Made by a program: the position numbers and the translations under genes. The notes under the pieces are model-generated. The model was not told the DNA's origin. It saw only the letters and a list, made by a program, of their open reading frames with translations, and searched no databases. Positions 1-8,739 of a DNA stretch of 64,000 nt are shown one piece after another. Source of the DNA: a virus (taxonomy: Duplodnaviria; Caudoviricetes); the IMG/VR virus record IMGVR_UViG_3300015607_004925, positions 1-64,000 of that record; one strand, given 5' to 3'. Positions within the stretch are counted from its first letter, which is position 1. Every line of letters starts with the position of its first letter.

Positions 1-69
1 CCGAGAAGCAGGACGGCAAGCTCAGCGAGCTGTCGGAGAAGGAGCTGAAGAAGAAGATCGCCGAGCTGG

Positions 70-321
70 ATGCCTAGCCGGCGATACCGGAGCGAGCCGC
101 ATCGCGTGAGCGAGCCTGTACAGCTCACTCTCCGCGACGAGCGCGGCGTCGTTCATCACGGCTGGCAGAACCTCGAGGGCGCGATGCGCATGGGCTGCTC
201 GTACTACTCGCTCGAGTGGTCCGATGCGCGTGGCGAGCCCCTCACCTGCGTCTGGTGTCTCGCCGGCTACCATCCGTGGCTGGCGTGGGGGCCGGGCGCG
301 CCTCGAAAGCAGGAGATATGA
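70..321 (+). CDS. HC3-type zinc-finger paralogue 1
   Basis: RDERGVVH ... MGC ... LTCVWC; start uncertain. Confidence 0.7.
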   Translation: MPSRRYRSEPHRVSEPVQLTLRDERGVVHHGWQNLEGAMRMGCSYYSLEWSDARGEPLTCVWCLAGYHPWLAWGPGAPRKQEI

Positions 322-623
322 GCGACGAGGAAGAGCATCTCGCCAACCAGGCCTCGTGGACCGTCCGGGATTCGGACGGCGTCGACCACCGGGCCGTGCA
401 GCAGTCCTCAGGCAACATCACGTGGGTCATCACCGCGTGCCCGTGGTGGCAGACCCACAACGTGTCCGGCCAGCGCGCGCCGGTGCGGATTGACCGCGTG
501 CCGACGTGTCTCGAGTGCACGATGCTCGAGATCAAGACGGTCTCCGAGCCGAAGTGCACGCATTGCGGGCTGGGCAAGGCCATGCACAACGGCCACATGC
601 ACCAGTACGAGGCCGGGGCGTGA
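318..623 (+). CDS. HC3-type zinc-finger paralogue 2 with extra CxxC/His tail
   Basis: AGGAG SD, ATGA overlap; RDSDGVDH ... TAC ... PTCLEC; CTHCG..H..H. Confidence 0.8.
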   Translation: MSDEEEHLANQASWTVRDSDGVDHRAVQQSSGNITWVITACPWWQTHNVSGQRAPVRIDRVPTCLECTMLEIKTVSEPKCTHCGLGKAMHNGHMHQYEAGA

Positions 624-871
624 AGGTCCAGCGCGTCGTTCTCCTGACGCAGGAGTACGCCGTGCTGCACCTACGCCCGTCGTGGTGGGCGCGGCTGCGA
701 GGCGCGCGCGACCTCGTCGTCGAGCTGGTGTATGAAGACCGGCGCTGGATCAGCAAGTTCACGCGCACGCCGCTCAGCCACATGAACCACAGCGGCATCA
801 TCACGGCGGCGATGGAGGGCTACCCGCTCGAGGATGCCCCGCTTCCCGCTGCCCGCCTTCTCGAGGAATGA
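620..871 (+). CDS. hypothetical protein
   Basis: GTGA overlap with upstream stop, high GC3. Confidence 0.65.
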   Translation: MKVQRVVLLTQEYAVLHLRPSWWARLRGARDLVVELVYEDRRWISKFTRTPLSHMNHSGIITAAMEGYPLEDAPLPAARLLEE

Positions 872-872
872 C

Positions 873-1148
873 ATGCAGGACCTGACCAAGCTGAAGATCC
901 CCGAGGGCTGGACCCTCGTGCGCGCCGAGGGGTTCGGCGACCAGGCGTACCTGTCGACGCCTCCGCCCATGCGCTACACCGCGACCGTCGACTTCGCGCT
1001 CCGCGGCTTCCGCTCGGGCATGGTCGTGTCAGGCCGCCTCCACGGCGACGACATCGTCAAGAAGACCAAGCGCAAGAAGTTCGAGGGTCGCGGGTGGGCG
1101 CAGGCGTTAGTCGATCACGCCGCGGATCACCTACGAGGCCTTCTGTGA
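873..1148 (+). CDS. hypothetical protein
   Basis: GAGGA SD, high GC3. Confidence 0.7.
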   Translation: MQDLTKLKIPEGWTLVRAEGFGDQAYLSTPPPMRYTATVDFALRGFRSGMVVSGRLHGDDIVKKTKRKKFEGRGWAQALVDHAADHLRGLL

Positions 1149-1444
1149 CCGTGCGCCCGAAGGTTGACTTCTGGGTGTGTCGCGACACGAACGGTGTCCT
1201 TCACGCCGCGAAGATCGAGCGCTTCTTCGACGGCCACAACCAGCTCGTGCAGTTGCAGGGCTGCACGGGTTGCCGCCCACGTGTGCAGTCGTGCTCGGTG
1301 CCCCAGGGCGACTGGCACGGCAAGAAGCTGCCGCCGCTGTCGATCGGCGACAGCAACGGGCGCAACGGCATCACGCTCATCGAGTACTGGGTGCGTGAGG
1401 CGCCGACATGCGTGACGTGCGTGACCATAGCGAGGCCGACGTGA
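1145..1444 (+). CDS. HC3-type zinc-finger paralogue 3
   Basis: GTGA overlap; RDTNGVLH ... TGC ... PTCVTC. Confidence 0.8.
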   Translation: MTVRPKVDFWVCRDTNGVLHAAKIERFFDGHNQLVQLQGCTGCRPRVQSCSVPQGDWHGKKLPPLSIGDSNGRNGITLIEYWVREAPTCVTCVTIARPT

Positions 1445-1836
1445 CGCTCGTCGTACGCGACCACGAAGGTGTGTGGCACGAGATCTACAACAAGACCGAG
1501 ATCGCCCAGCTACGTAGCAGCCAACGTGACTGGGTTGATAACTGGCAGGTGCGCACGCTCTGCTGCAAGGACGAGGAGCCCGAGTTTCTGGGGGTCAGTG
1601 TTCTGCGTGCTACCATCGACGACGGCGCGCACACGGGACACGCGCCGACGTGCGTGCGTTGTGCGGCGATGCCGTGCGATCACGGCATCACGTTCGACGA
1701 GACCCGCGCTCGCGGCCTGACCGCGAACGAGATCCGCTCGCGCTGGCCTCGCCTCGAGGGCACGTGCAAGAAGGGCTGTGGCTACCACGGCGTCGCCTAC
1801 GCCAGCTTCATCCACTATGTCTGCGGTGACTGGTGA
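1441..1836 (+). CDS. HC3-type zinc-finger paralogue 4 with second Cys/His domain
   Basis: GTGA overlap; RDHEGVWH ... TLCC ... PTCVRC; CDHG...CKKGCG. Confidence 0.8.
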   Translation: MTLVVRDHEGVWHEIYNKTEIAQLRSSQRDWVDNWQVRTLCCKDEEPEFLGVSVLRATIDDGAHTGHAPTCVRCAAMPCDHGITFDETRARGLTANEIRSRWPRLEGTCKKGCGYHGVAYASFIHYVCGDW

Positions 1837-2090
1837 ACCCGCGCGTCGTCTTCGAGCACGACGAGAGCGAAGAGCCCGGGCTGCTCCACGCCGTTCGTCG
1901 TGCGTGGTCGACAAATGCCGACGATCCCGACACGGGCAGCGCCTACCAGACGATGTGCGGCGAGATGTTGTACTCGGTGGCGCTGTACCCCAGTCGCAAG
2001 CGCGGCATCCCAACGTGCCTGCGCTGCACGCTGGCGCTCGTCGAGGAGGCGTTTCTCGAGCCCCCATCCGTGGAGACCATGTTCCCATGA
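1833..2090 (+). CDS. HC3-type zinc-finger paralogue 5
   Basis: EEPGLLH ... TMCG ... PTCLRC. Confidence 0.8.
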   Translation: MNPRVVFEHDESEEPGLLHAVRRAWSTNADDPDTGSAYQTMCGEMLYSVALYPSRKRGIPTCLRCTLALVEEAFLEPPSVETMFP

Positions 2091-2377
2091 AGCAGCGAAC
2101 GATCCGACAGCTGCTGATACACGGCAGCGACACGTCCGTCCTCATTCACCTCGTGCGGGCGACGTCGAACCGCGGTTACAACGGGACCGACTACGACACG
2201 TACTGCGGACTGTGCCTGACGGCGGGCGAGAAGTGGGCCATGCCGCAGCACGACTTCGTCGACTGTGTGCGCTGTCTCGGCACGGCGAAGTCGTGCGTGA
2301 AGTGTCGCGAGCTGCTCGGGTGGGCGCAGTTGCCATCCGACGTTCCGGAGCGCTGTGAAGCCTGCGCCGATCCATGA
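2087..2377 (+). CDS. HC3-type zinc-finger paralogue 6 with extra C4 ribbon
   Basis: ATGA overlap; VLIH ... TYCG ... VDCVRC; CVKC...CEAC. Confidence 0.75.
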   Translation: MKQRTIRQLLIHGSDTSVLIHLVRATSNRGYNGTDYDTYCGLCLTAGEKWAMPQHDFVDCVRCLGTAKSCVKCRELLGWAQLPSDVPERCEACADP

Positions 2378-2540
2378 CGTGCCGCGTGCTGGAACACTCT
2401 GGCAGATCTCGTACTGCGCGCGCTGCGGTGCTGCCTACGACAACAAGGACCCCTGCGTGCCCGATGGGCGCGAGGCCGAGCGCCGCGCGCCGGGCTACGA
2501 CCAGGACGGGCTCAACGACAAGACCCGAAGGAGATGCTGA
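2355..2540 (+). CDS. small Cys-containing hypothetical protein
   Basis: CARCG motif; fills gap in gene run. Confidence 0.55.
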   Translation: MKPAPIHDVPRAGTLWQISYCARCGAAYDNKDPCVPDGREAERRAPGYDQDGLNDKTRRRC

Positions 2541-2818
2541 TGTTCGACATGGAGCGCATGCTCTACCCGATGATCGTCGAGGCGCACGGTTCGCGCTGGA
2601 TCGCGCTGTATCGATCGCAGACGACCGACACGCACCACACGTACATCGCGGTGCCCGCCATGCCCGAGGGCAACACTTCGCTCGAGCTGCCGCAGCCGTG
2701 CTCGCTCATCGCCGTGCCGCTCACCGCGCACGAGTTGGAGGGTGTGCGCGTGCGTAAGGCGCGTGAGGCCGCCGAGGAGGCGCGCGAGGCGGCGAAGAAG
2801 GAGAAGAAGGGTGTCTGA
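2534..2818 (+). CDS. hypothetical protein
   Basis: AAGGAG SD, high GC3. Confidence 0.7.
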   Translation: MLMFDMERMLYPMIVEAHGSRWIALYRSQTTDTHHTYIAVPAMPEGNTSLELPQPCSLIAVPLTAHELEGVRVRKAREAAEEAREAAKKEKKGV

Positions 2819-3122
2819 CGTCGACAAGGGCCCCTGCGGCAACGAGGACTGCGACGCCTGCTACCCGCTGCCGCGCTGGAAGGTCACGACCGTCACCGTG
2901 CGCCGCATCGCGCACGAGCGCGAGCTGAAGGCGGCGACGGCCGAGGACGCGCTGCGCGAGTACGCCGGCGGCACGGCGTGGCCCCGCTCGTACGACGAGC
3001 GTACGCTCGAGGTGATCGAGCGCGAGGAGCCCGTGGCCGTGCAGATCACCGACGAGGAGACGCTCAAGTTCCACCGCGAGCACACCTGCTGGCACCGTCT
3101 GCGCGCGCGAGGCGAGCCGTGA
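2811..3122 (+). CDS. hypothetical protein (N-terminal CxxxxCxxC)
   Basis: coupled to upstream gene, high GC3. Confidence 0.65.
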   Translation: MSDVDKGPCGNEDCDACYPLPRWKVTTVTVRRIAHERELKAATAEDALREYAGGTAWPRSYDERTLEVIEREEPVAVQITDEETLKFHREHTCWHRLRARGEP

Positions 3123-3370
3123 GCCACCGTCCCGTCACCCACGCTGAGGCCAGGCGCATCGCCAAGCGGTTCGGTGTCAGGCTGCCGCGTGTCGGCTACG
3201 AGATGAGCCTGGGCGGCGGCATGTGGCTCGCGAGCACGGGCCACGCCCAGTTCGGCTGGTTCGAGTCGACGGCGAAGACGCCCTTCGAGGTTCGGTGCCG
3301 GTGCTACGACGCCTTGCTGCCTAGCGAGCCGTGCAGACATGTGGCAACGTGCCCCGTGTTGGAAAGATAA
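3119..3370 (+). CDS. hypothetical protein, C-terminal Cys cluster
   Basis: GTGA overlap. Confidence 0.6.
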   Translation: MSHRPVTHAEARRIAKRFGVRLPRVGYEMSLGGGMWLASTGHAQFGWFESTAKTPFEVRCRCYDALLPSEPCRHVATCPVLER

Positions 3371-3372
3371 AC

Positions 3373-3735
3373 ATGGTTCGTAAGACCAAGAGCAAGAAGG
3401 GCCATGCCGTCGTCGAGCGCGTGGCGCAACGCAACATCCGCGAGCGCGTGTGCGCGCAGAAGGGCTGCAAGTTCTTTGGCGAGCCCGCGCGACAGGGCGT
3501 CTGCTTTGATGCCAAGGGCGAAGTGGCCGTGTGGGACAAGCTTGCGGCGCACGAGAAGGCGTTGCTCGACGAGCTGAAACACATGAAGAAACGGGAGGGC
3601 AAGGCCTACGGACGCGCGCTCGAGGCCTACTACGTCACGGCGATGATGGCCTGGCAACTAGTGCTCGACGAATGTGTCCGCTTGCGACGTGATGTCGCGC
3701 TGCTGCGGGCAAAGAAACTGCGCAGGCGTCGATGA
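3373..3735 (+). CDS. basic hypothetical protein
   Basis: GGAAAG SD, ORF fit. Confidence 0.65.
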   Translation: MVRKTKSKKGHAVVERVAQRNIRERVCAQKGCKFFGEPARQGVCFDAKGEVAVWDKLAAHEKALLDELKHMKKREGKAYGRALEAYYVTAMMAWQLVLDECVRLRRDVALLRAKKLRRRR

Positions 3736-3941
3736 AGGGCTTCCCTGTCCATCCCGACGTCGAAAAGGCCATCCAGCAGATCGACGCCGCGTTGTTCAGC
3801 GGCGACACGTTCGACGACCCCGCGAACCGCGCGCACCTGAAGGGCTACGTCGAGCGGTGGCTGCTTCGCATCGAAGAGGACACGAAGCACGCCGCGAAGG
3901 TGCGGCCAGAGGAGGACCTATGGGCGGAATCATCGGACTGA
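3732..3941 (+). CDS. hypothetical protein
   Basis: ATGA overlap. Confidence 0.65.
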   Translation: MKGFPVHPDVEKAIQQIDAALFSGDTFDDPANRAHLKGYVERWLLRIEEDTKHAAKVRPEEDLWAESSD

Positions 3942-4483
3942 CCATTCGTTTGGAATTGGGGCGCGAGTGGCGCGGCTCGTGTTGGACCAACATCTTGCCG
4001 GAGGGTTTGTTCGCCGCTCCGTTCTATGTCGACCTCGACTCGAGCAAGCAGCACACCAGCGCGTGGCTGGAGAAGCTCGTCGCTCGTCGCAAGGTCGACC
4101 CGGAGTTGGAGGAGGTCTGGGGCGGCTGGGACAAGCTTGCACCGATTGAATACGGCCTAGTCGTCGTCGACTACGTGACCAACACGCTCGTGTCGTGTCA
4201 GGGCTATAGCGGCGTCGACTACGTCTACTGCCACGAATACGATACCGACAAGATGGAGAAGTACGCCGCCCTCGAGAAGGCAGGGCTGCTCATCGTTCCG
4301 AGCAGGCGCGACTTCCCCGCGCATTGGAAGGCCGCCGACATCAAGCTGCCGTTCGCCAACACGATCATCGGTGATTACGATCGTTGTGACGAAATTCTCT
4401 ACGGGTGGTGCGACCGCCACTTCACGCTGACCGACGAGGAACGCGATGCCTGGATGGAGTGGTTTGCGGCGCGCGATGAGTGA
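3920..4483 (+). CDS. hypothetical protein
   Basis: GGAGG SD before ATG 3920. Confidence 0.7.
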   Translation: MGGIIGLTIRLELGREWRGSCWTNILPEGLFAAPFYVDLDSSKQHTSAWLEKLVARRKVDPELEEVWGGWDKLAPIEYGLVVVDYVTNTLVSCQGYSGVDYVYCHEYDTDKMEKYAALEKAGLLIVPSRRDFPAHWKAADIKLPFANTIIGDYDRCDEILYGWCDRHFTLTDEERDAWMEWFAARDE

Positions 4484-4697
4484 GGTCGACTACCGTGACC
4501 CCTGGGATGTCGTGCACTGCACGCAGCGTACCGACTGCAGCTGGGACGGTGTCATCGACTACGTGACGCTTTGCGGGGTCACGTACAGCATGCACGTGAG
4601 CCAGGGCATGGTCGAGAAAGGGCAGATGCCGACGTGTCTGCTTTGCGTGATAGCTTCAAGCGTCGCTTCGAACACTACGCCCTCACCGAGTACGTGA
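4476..4697 (+). CDS. HC3-type zinc-finger paralogue 7
   Basis: RDPWDVVH ... TLCG ... PTCLLC. Confidence 0.8.
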   Translation: MSEVDYRDPWDVVHCTQRTDCSWDGVIDYVTLCGVTYSMHVSQGMVEKGQMPTCLLCVIASSVASNTTPSPST

Positions 4698-4849
4698 CCG
4701 GTCACGACGGCCTGTGGCATGTCACCCGGCCCAACGGCACGATCATCTGCTCGATGGGTCGCGCACCGTCGCCGATCTACGTCAGCGACGGTAAGGTGTT
4801 CGCGACGTGCGTCGAGTGCCTCGTACGGCTGTGGAGGCGGACCGCATGA
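4694..4849 (+). CDS. HC3-type zinc-finger paralogue 8 (minimal, 51 aa)
   Basis: GTGA overlap; GHDGLWH ... IIC ... ATCVEC. Confidence 0.75.
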   Translation: MTGHDGLWHVTRPNGTIICSMGRAPSPIYVSDGKVFATCVECLVRLWRRTA

Positions 4850-5205
4850 TCAAGAGCTGGAAGGACCCGGACACCGATCTCGTACATGTGATCGCCTGCG
4901 AGGAAGGCAAGGAGCACAAGCCCGACGCGCACGAGAGCGCCATTCTGCACACGTTGTCGACCGACGAGATCGTGAAGCGCTTCTTCCGGCGGGTCGCCAT
5001 GCGCTGCGGCATGCGCGTGCAGCTCGACAGCGACGAGTTCATCATGCCGCACGGCGAGGCGATGTTGCAGTCGCCCCCGCCGATCCTGCGCCCGTGGTTG
5101 ACTGGCCGCGACGCGCCGACGTGCGTGGTGTGTGCGGTCGTCAAGCCCTCGGAGCCCGTGCGCAGCGTCTGGGGAAGCTGGGGAAGCAAGCGCCGCGGCG
5201 CATGA
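4846..5205 (+). CDS. HC3-type zinc-finger paralogue 9
   Basis: GGAGG SD; KDPDTDLVH ... MRCG ... PTCVVC. Confidence 0.8.
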   Translation: MIKSWKDPDTDLVHVIACEEGKEHKPDAHESAILHTLSTDEIVKRFFRRVAMRCGMRVQLDSDEFIMPHGEAMLQSPPPILRPWLTGRDAPTCVVCAVVKPSEPVRSVWGSWGSKRRGA

Positions 5206-5238
5206 TTGTGTGGTAAACACAGGAGGATCGTGTTTGTG

Positions 5239-5700
5239 ATGAAAGCCTACCTCGTACACAACGGGGACGCCGTCGAGTTTCGCGAGAGCGTGCTCGTGTA
5301 CCACTACACCGCGGAGGCCGCGAAGGAGCTGAGGCGGAACTGTCTCACGTCGACGAACACCTGGGAGGAGACCGAGGTCGAGCGCGCGCCCGCGCACGAC
5401 GCACGCTGCGTGACGATGATCGAGCCCGCGCAGGAGGAGGACGTGGAGTACCTGCGCGAGAAGGGCTGGCGCTACGAGGACGAGCAGACGTGCTACGCGT
5501 GCGGGCTCGCTGCGTTCGGTCAGGAGGCGTTCGCGGTCTGCAACGAGTGCGGCCACTGTAAGATGTGCGGATGCGATACGGGTTGCGACGAGGACGGTCC
5601 CTGTCCGCAGTCGGAGGGGTGGTCGTACGAAGAAGTGCGGAAGCCGAGGTCGTCGCCCTCGCCCGATGCGCCGCCGCCGACGCCGGAGGATGCCACGTGA
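5239..5700 (+). CDS. Cys-rich hypothetical protein
   Basis: CYACG..CNECGHCKMCGC. Confidence 0.7.
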   Translation: MKAYLVHNGDAVEFRESVLVYHYTAEAAKELRRNCLTSTNTWEETEVERAPAHDARCVTMIEPAQEEDVEYLREKGWRYEDEQTCYACGLAAFGQEAFAVCNECGHCKMCGCDTGCDEDGPCPQSEGWSYEEVRKPRSSPSPDAPPPTPEDAT

Positions 5701-6113
5701 CCTGCTGGGTTGCGCACTTCGTCGACGACGACGGGCTCACACACCTCGCGGACGACCACTACGGCGCGCAGATGGACGGCTGGCGTCCGACGCTGGCGTT
5801 CACGTGCTGCGGTCGCGCGGTCGTCCGGGACGGCGTACGTGCCAACCCCGGCACCTACGTCTCCTGCGGAGTCCCGCTGACGTGCGTACGCTGCGTCGCA
5901 GGCGTGCGCGACGGCCACTTGCGCCGGCGTGCGCTGAAGAACGCGATGTACATGGAGATGTACGGCGCGCTGCCGAACAAGACCCTCGGTCCATACGCGA
6001 AGGATGACGTCGCGATGGTGCTCGCGCTGCTCTATCCGCGCTCGGTCCTGCGCAAGTGCGCGCGGCTCGCTGCGGTCTTCTACGTGAAGGCGTCGGAGAC
6101 GTCCCATGGATGA
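5697..6113 (+). CDS. HC3-type zinc-finger paralogue 10
   Basis: GGAGG SD; VDDDGLTH ... TCCG ... LTCVRC. Confidence 0.8.
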   Translation: MTCWVAHFVDDDGLTHLADDHYGAQMDGWRPTLAFTCCGRAVVRDGVRANPGTYVSCGVPLTCVRCVAGVRDGHLRRRALKNAMYMEMYGALPNKTLGPYAKDDVAMVLALLYPRSVLRKCARLAAVFYVKASETSHG

Positions 6114-6318
6114 ACACATGCCTTGGATGTGGCGCGATTCCAAGCGCATCACGCACCGCATGTCCAAGCAGCTTGCCAAGCTCGCGTACGTCACGCAGGT
6201 CTCGTACATCACCTGGTGCGGTGTCGAGGTCACCGTCGACGACGTGAACCCGGCCACGATGTGCCACCGAGGCACGCCGACGTGCGTCCGCTGCGCGGTG
6301 GCCAAGAGGTCTGTATGA
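6106..6318 (+). CDS. HC3-type zinc-finger paralogue 11
   Basis: WRDSKRITH ... TWCG ... PTCVRC. Confidence 0.8.
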   Translation: MDEHMPWMWRDSKRITHRMSKQLAKLAYVTQVSYITWCGVEVTVDDVNPATMCHRGTPTCVRCAVAKRSV

Positions 6319-6715
6319 CGCAGATTGCCCGTCGCGCGGGGTGGCACGAGCGCCGGCGGCTTCGCGTCTTCGCCGCGAAGGCGCCTGAGGGTGATGGCGC
6401 CCCGCAGGACGGCCTCGACGATGCCTACACCATCGCCGGCTACGATGATTACTACCCGTACGTTTGCGATGAGGACTGGGCGGTGCCTGTCATGTCGTCG
6501 ATGGTGTTCGAGGCCGACGGGCTCGTGCACGTCTCGCGCCCCAAGGACCCGACGTCAGCATGCGGCGAGGCGGGGAACTGGCCGATTCCATCGATGGGCT
6601 CGACCGACGAGGCGATCGCGTATGCGCGCGAGCACCGCGGGGACTTTCGCACCGTCACGTGTGTGGGTGCATCGCGCGGGCGCCGTTCTGGGGCATTCCG
6701 TGGGTCGCGCCGTGA
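6315..6715 (+). pseudogene. HC3-type zinc-finger paralogue 12 with 1-nt frameshift (or assembly indel)
   Basis: EADGLVH ... SACG ... VTCVG; adding one G to the run at 6665-6667 gives TCVGCIARAPFWGIPWVAP* ending 6715, in GTGA overlap with the next gene. Confidence 0.65.
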
Positions 6716-7080
6716 CGTCCAAGACCACGCACCGACGTCAGCGAAATCGCGCCGCCACGCAGGCGAGGATCCTTGAAGCCGCGCGCGGCTCGCGCACGAG
6801 CGGACGCGCGAAGCTGTGTCACTACCAATGGGCCGATGCGGGGTTGGTCCACCGGGTGGTAGAGGACCTGCGGAGCTTCTACGTCGACGTCCGAGGGTTC
6901 AACGAGTGGATGTCGCGCTCGGTGTGGGCAACCATCTGCGGTTACGTCATCGCAATCGAGTCGTCGAAGGTCATGCCGTCAAGACGCGTGCCGACGTGTA
7001 TCCGATGCGTCGTCGGGCTCGCGCACGCGCGCGTCGGGCTCTCTTGGCCATGGGATGGGAGCAAGCCACGTGTCGCATGA
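6712..7080 (+). CDS. HC3-type zinc-finger paralogue 13
   Basis: WADAGLVH ... TICG ... PTCIRC. Confidence 0.75.
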   Translation: MTSKTTHRRQRNRAATQARILEAARGSRTSGRAKLCHYQWADAGLVHRVVEDLRSFYVDVRGFNEWMSRSVWATICGYVIAIESSKVMPSRRVPTCIRCVVGLAHARVGLSWPWDGSKPRVA

Positions 7081-7339
7081 CGGGTTCTGGCGCGTGTGCG
7101 ATGACGACGGGCTCGTGCACCACGCGCTGACCATCTCGCACACGATCCTCCTCAGCGACAACAACGTGGACTACGAGGACGCGCCGAGGACGATCTGCGA
7201 TCGCGACCCCGGCGACTGGCCGGAGGCCTCGCCCGACGTGCCCACGACCTGCCTCGCGTGCTACGTCGCGTGGCTGAAGCTCGAGCGCGCCGCGATCACG
7301 TTCCTCGAGTCCCACACAAGGAGCTTGCGTGCGGGGTGA
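7055..7339 (+). CDS. HC3-type zinc-finger paralogue 14
   Basis: CDDDGLVH ... TICD ... TTCLAC; start may be 7070. Confidence 0.75.
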   Translation: MGASHVSHDGFWRVCDDDGLVHHALTISHTILLSDNNVDYEDAPRTICDRDPGDWPEASPDVPTTCLACYVAWLKLERAAITFLESHTRSLRAG

Positions 7340-7589
7340 GAAGATCGAGTTCGTCCCTGAGCTGCTCGTCGTCCTCATCATGAATGACGCGCACGTGCAT
7401 CGATCGAACGGTGTGCGGATCGCGCAAGGGGCGCTTGTCCACCGCCTCGCGCGTTACGACCGCCAGCGTGCGGTCTGGGAATTCTACTGCGAGGACGCGT
7501 TCTCTGGCGATGCACACGTACAGTACGAGTCGTTCGACCCTGTGACCTGTGTAACGTGCCTCACGAGGATGCCATGGTTCAGACGCTGA
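7329..7589 (+). CDS. HC3-type zinc-finger paralogue 15
   Basis: QGALVH ... FYCE ... VTCVTC. Confidence 0.75.
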   Translation: MRGEKIEFVPELLVVLIMNDAHVHRSNGVRIAQGALVHRLARYDRQRAVWEFYCEDAFSGDAHVQYESFDPVTCVTCLTRMPWFRR

Positions 7590-8224
7590 TCAGTGTCTTC
7601 TTGGCCGTCGCTGCCGTCCTTGCATTGCGTTGGCGTTACGTGCGCGCGACCATTGCAGCCAACCACCAAAATCGACGTTGGTGGTGGGAACGTCGCAAGC
7701 GGGATCGCGACGATCTGCTCGAGGCGGCACACGACGCTGTTCTGCGCGGCAAGTTCCGTCATCGGCGCCTCGACGAGTCGGCGTGGTCCTACGCCAAGGC
7801 GTTCGACCGTTGGGTCTCGCAGCAACTCAAGACCGCGCCTACCGTGCAGTGGAGCAAGCCGTTTGCGCGTGCCACACGGCCGCTCCCGCTGCCGAAGCGG
7901 CCGCGCCGTCTCACCGTGCGTTGGCGTAAGTCGGCCGTGCAGGCCGTGCCGCTGTTTCAGTTGTTGAAGGCGCCCCGCAGTTCTACGACACCCGCACCTG
8001 TCTCGTCGGGGTGTACGTGGTCGTCGGCGCAGTACTATTGGTGGGCTGCCGAGCATGGGGGACTTGTTCACCGTGCGGCGGTGTTGATGCACGACCACGG
8101 CGGGTCATTCGTGTTGCGTTGCGACCACGACGTACTGCTCGAGCCGATACACGTCAGTCAGTACCCCGATGGCGACGGTCCGGTGTTGACCTGTGTCCAC
8201 TGCTTCGGGATGGCGCGTACGTGA
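7574..8224 (+). CDS. membrane-anchored HC3-type zinc-finger paralogue 16
   Basis: N-terminal hydrophobic helix; EHGGLVH ... LRCD ... LTCVHC. Confidence 0.75.
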   Translation: MVQTLISVFLAVAAVLALRWRYVRATIAANHQNRRWWWERRKRDRDDLLEAAHDAVLRGKFRHRRLDESAWSYAKAFDRWVSQQLKTAPTVQWSKPFARATRPLPLPKRPRRLTVRWRKSAVQAVPLFQLLKAPRSSTTPAPVSSGCTWSSAQYYWWAAEHGGLVHRAAVLMHDHGGSFVLRCDHDVLLEPIHVSQYPDGDGPVLTCVHCFGMART

Positions 8225-8254
8225 AGGACTTTGTCCTGTGTCAAGGAGGTACGC

Positions 8255-8476
8255 ATGGCGTCGGAGGACGACCTCTGGGTGTTGCATCACGTCAAGGACG
8301 TGAGCGTGACCGGCATGGCCTCGTACCGCTACCGCGGTCCTGGTGACGTCGTGCATCGCGCGGTATGGCGGGACGCGAAGTGGTTGGCGTGTTGCGGTGA
8401 GAAGGTCGTCGATACGCTGCAAGAGGGCGATGTCGGTGCGGTCACGTGTGTGCGGTGTCTTGGGGCGGGTGCGTGA
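8255..8476 (+). CDS. HC3-type zinc-finger paralogue 17
   Basis: AAGGAGG SD; GPGDVVH ... ACCG ... VTCVRC. Confidence 0.8.
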   Translation: MASEDDLWVLHHVKDVSVTGMASYRYRGPGDVVHRAVWRDAKWLACCGEKVVDTLQEGDVGAVTCVRCLGAGA

Positions 8477-8700
8477 ACTGGGCAGGCTTCTGGCACCACG
8501 CCGACGGGCTCGTGTATGTCATGGGTACGTACCGCGCGTGCGAGGGCCGTCGTCACATGTTTTCTGAGTGCCGCATCGCGCTCGCGTGCATTCCGACGTA
8601 CGCCGACCACATGTTCCTCGACCCGAACACGCGCGCCCCGTTCCCGACGTGCGTTGCATGTTGGCACGCGTCGAACTTCGGCAGCTACGCCCCGCGATGA
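8473..8700 (+). CDS. HC3-type zinc-finger paralogue 18 (His replaced by Tyr)
   Basis: GTGA overlap; HADGLVY ... SEC ... PTCVAC. Confidence 0.75.
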   Translation: MNWAGFWHHADGLVYVMGTYRACEGRRHMFSECRIALACIPTYADHMFLDPNTRAPFPTCVACWHASNFGSYAPR

Positions 8701-8738
8701 GCGGTGCGTAGCTGTGTCTGGCGGTTTTTTTTTTGGCC
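8701..8738. terminator. probable terminator between convergent units
   Basis: T10 run directly after the last array gene; hairpin weak. Confidence 0.4.
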
Positions 8739-8739
8739 C

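Noticed and set aside
70-8700. Diversity-generating retroelement or integron as the source of the zinc-finger array
   Set aside because: No reverse transcriptase or integrase, no near-identical TR/VR pair and no attC-like intergenic repeats; the genes overlap by 4 nt.
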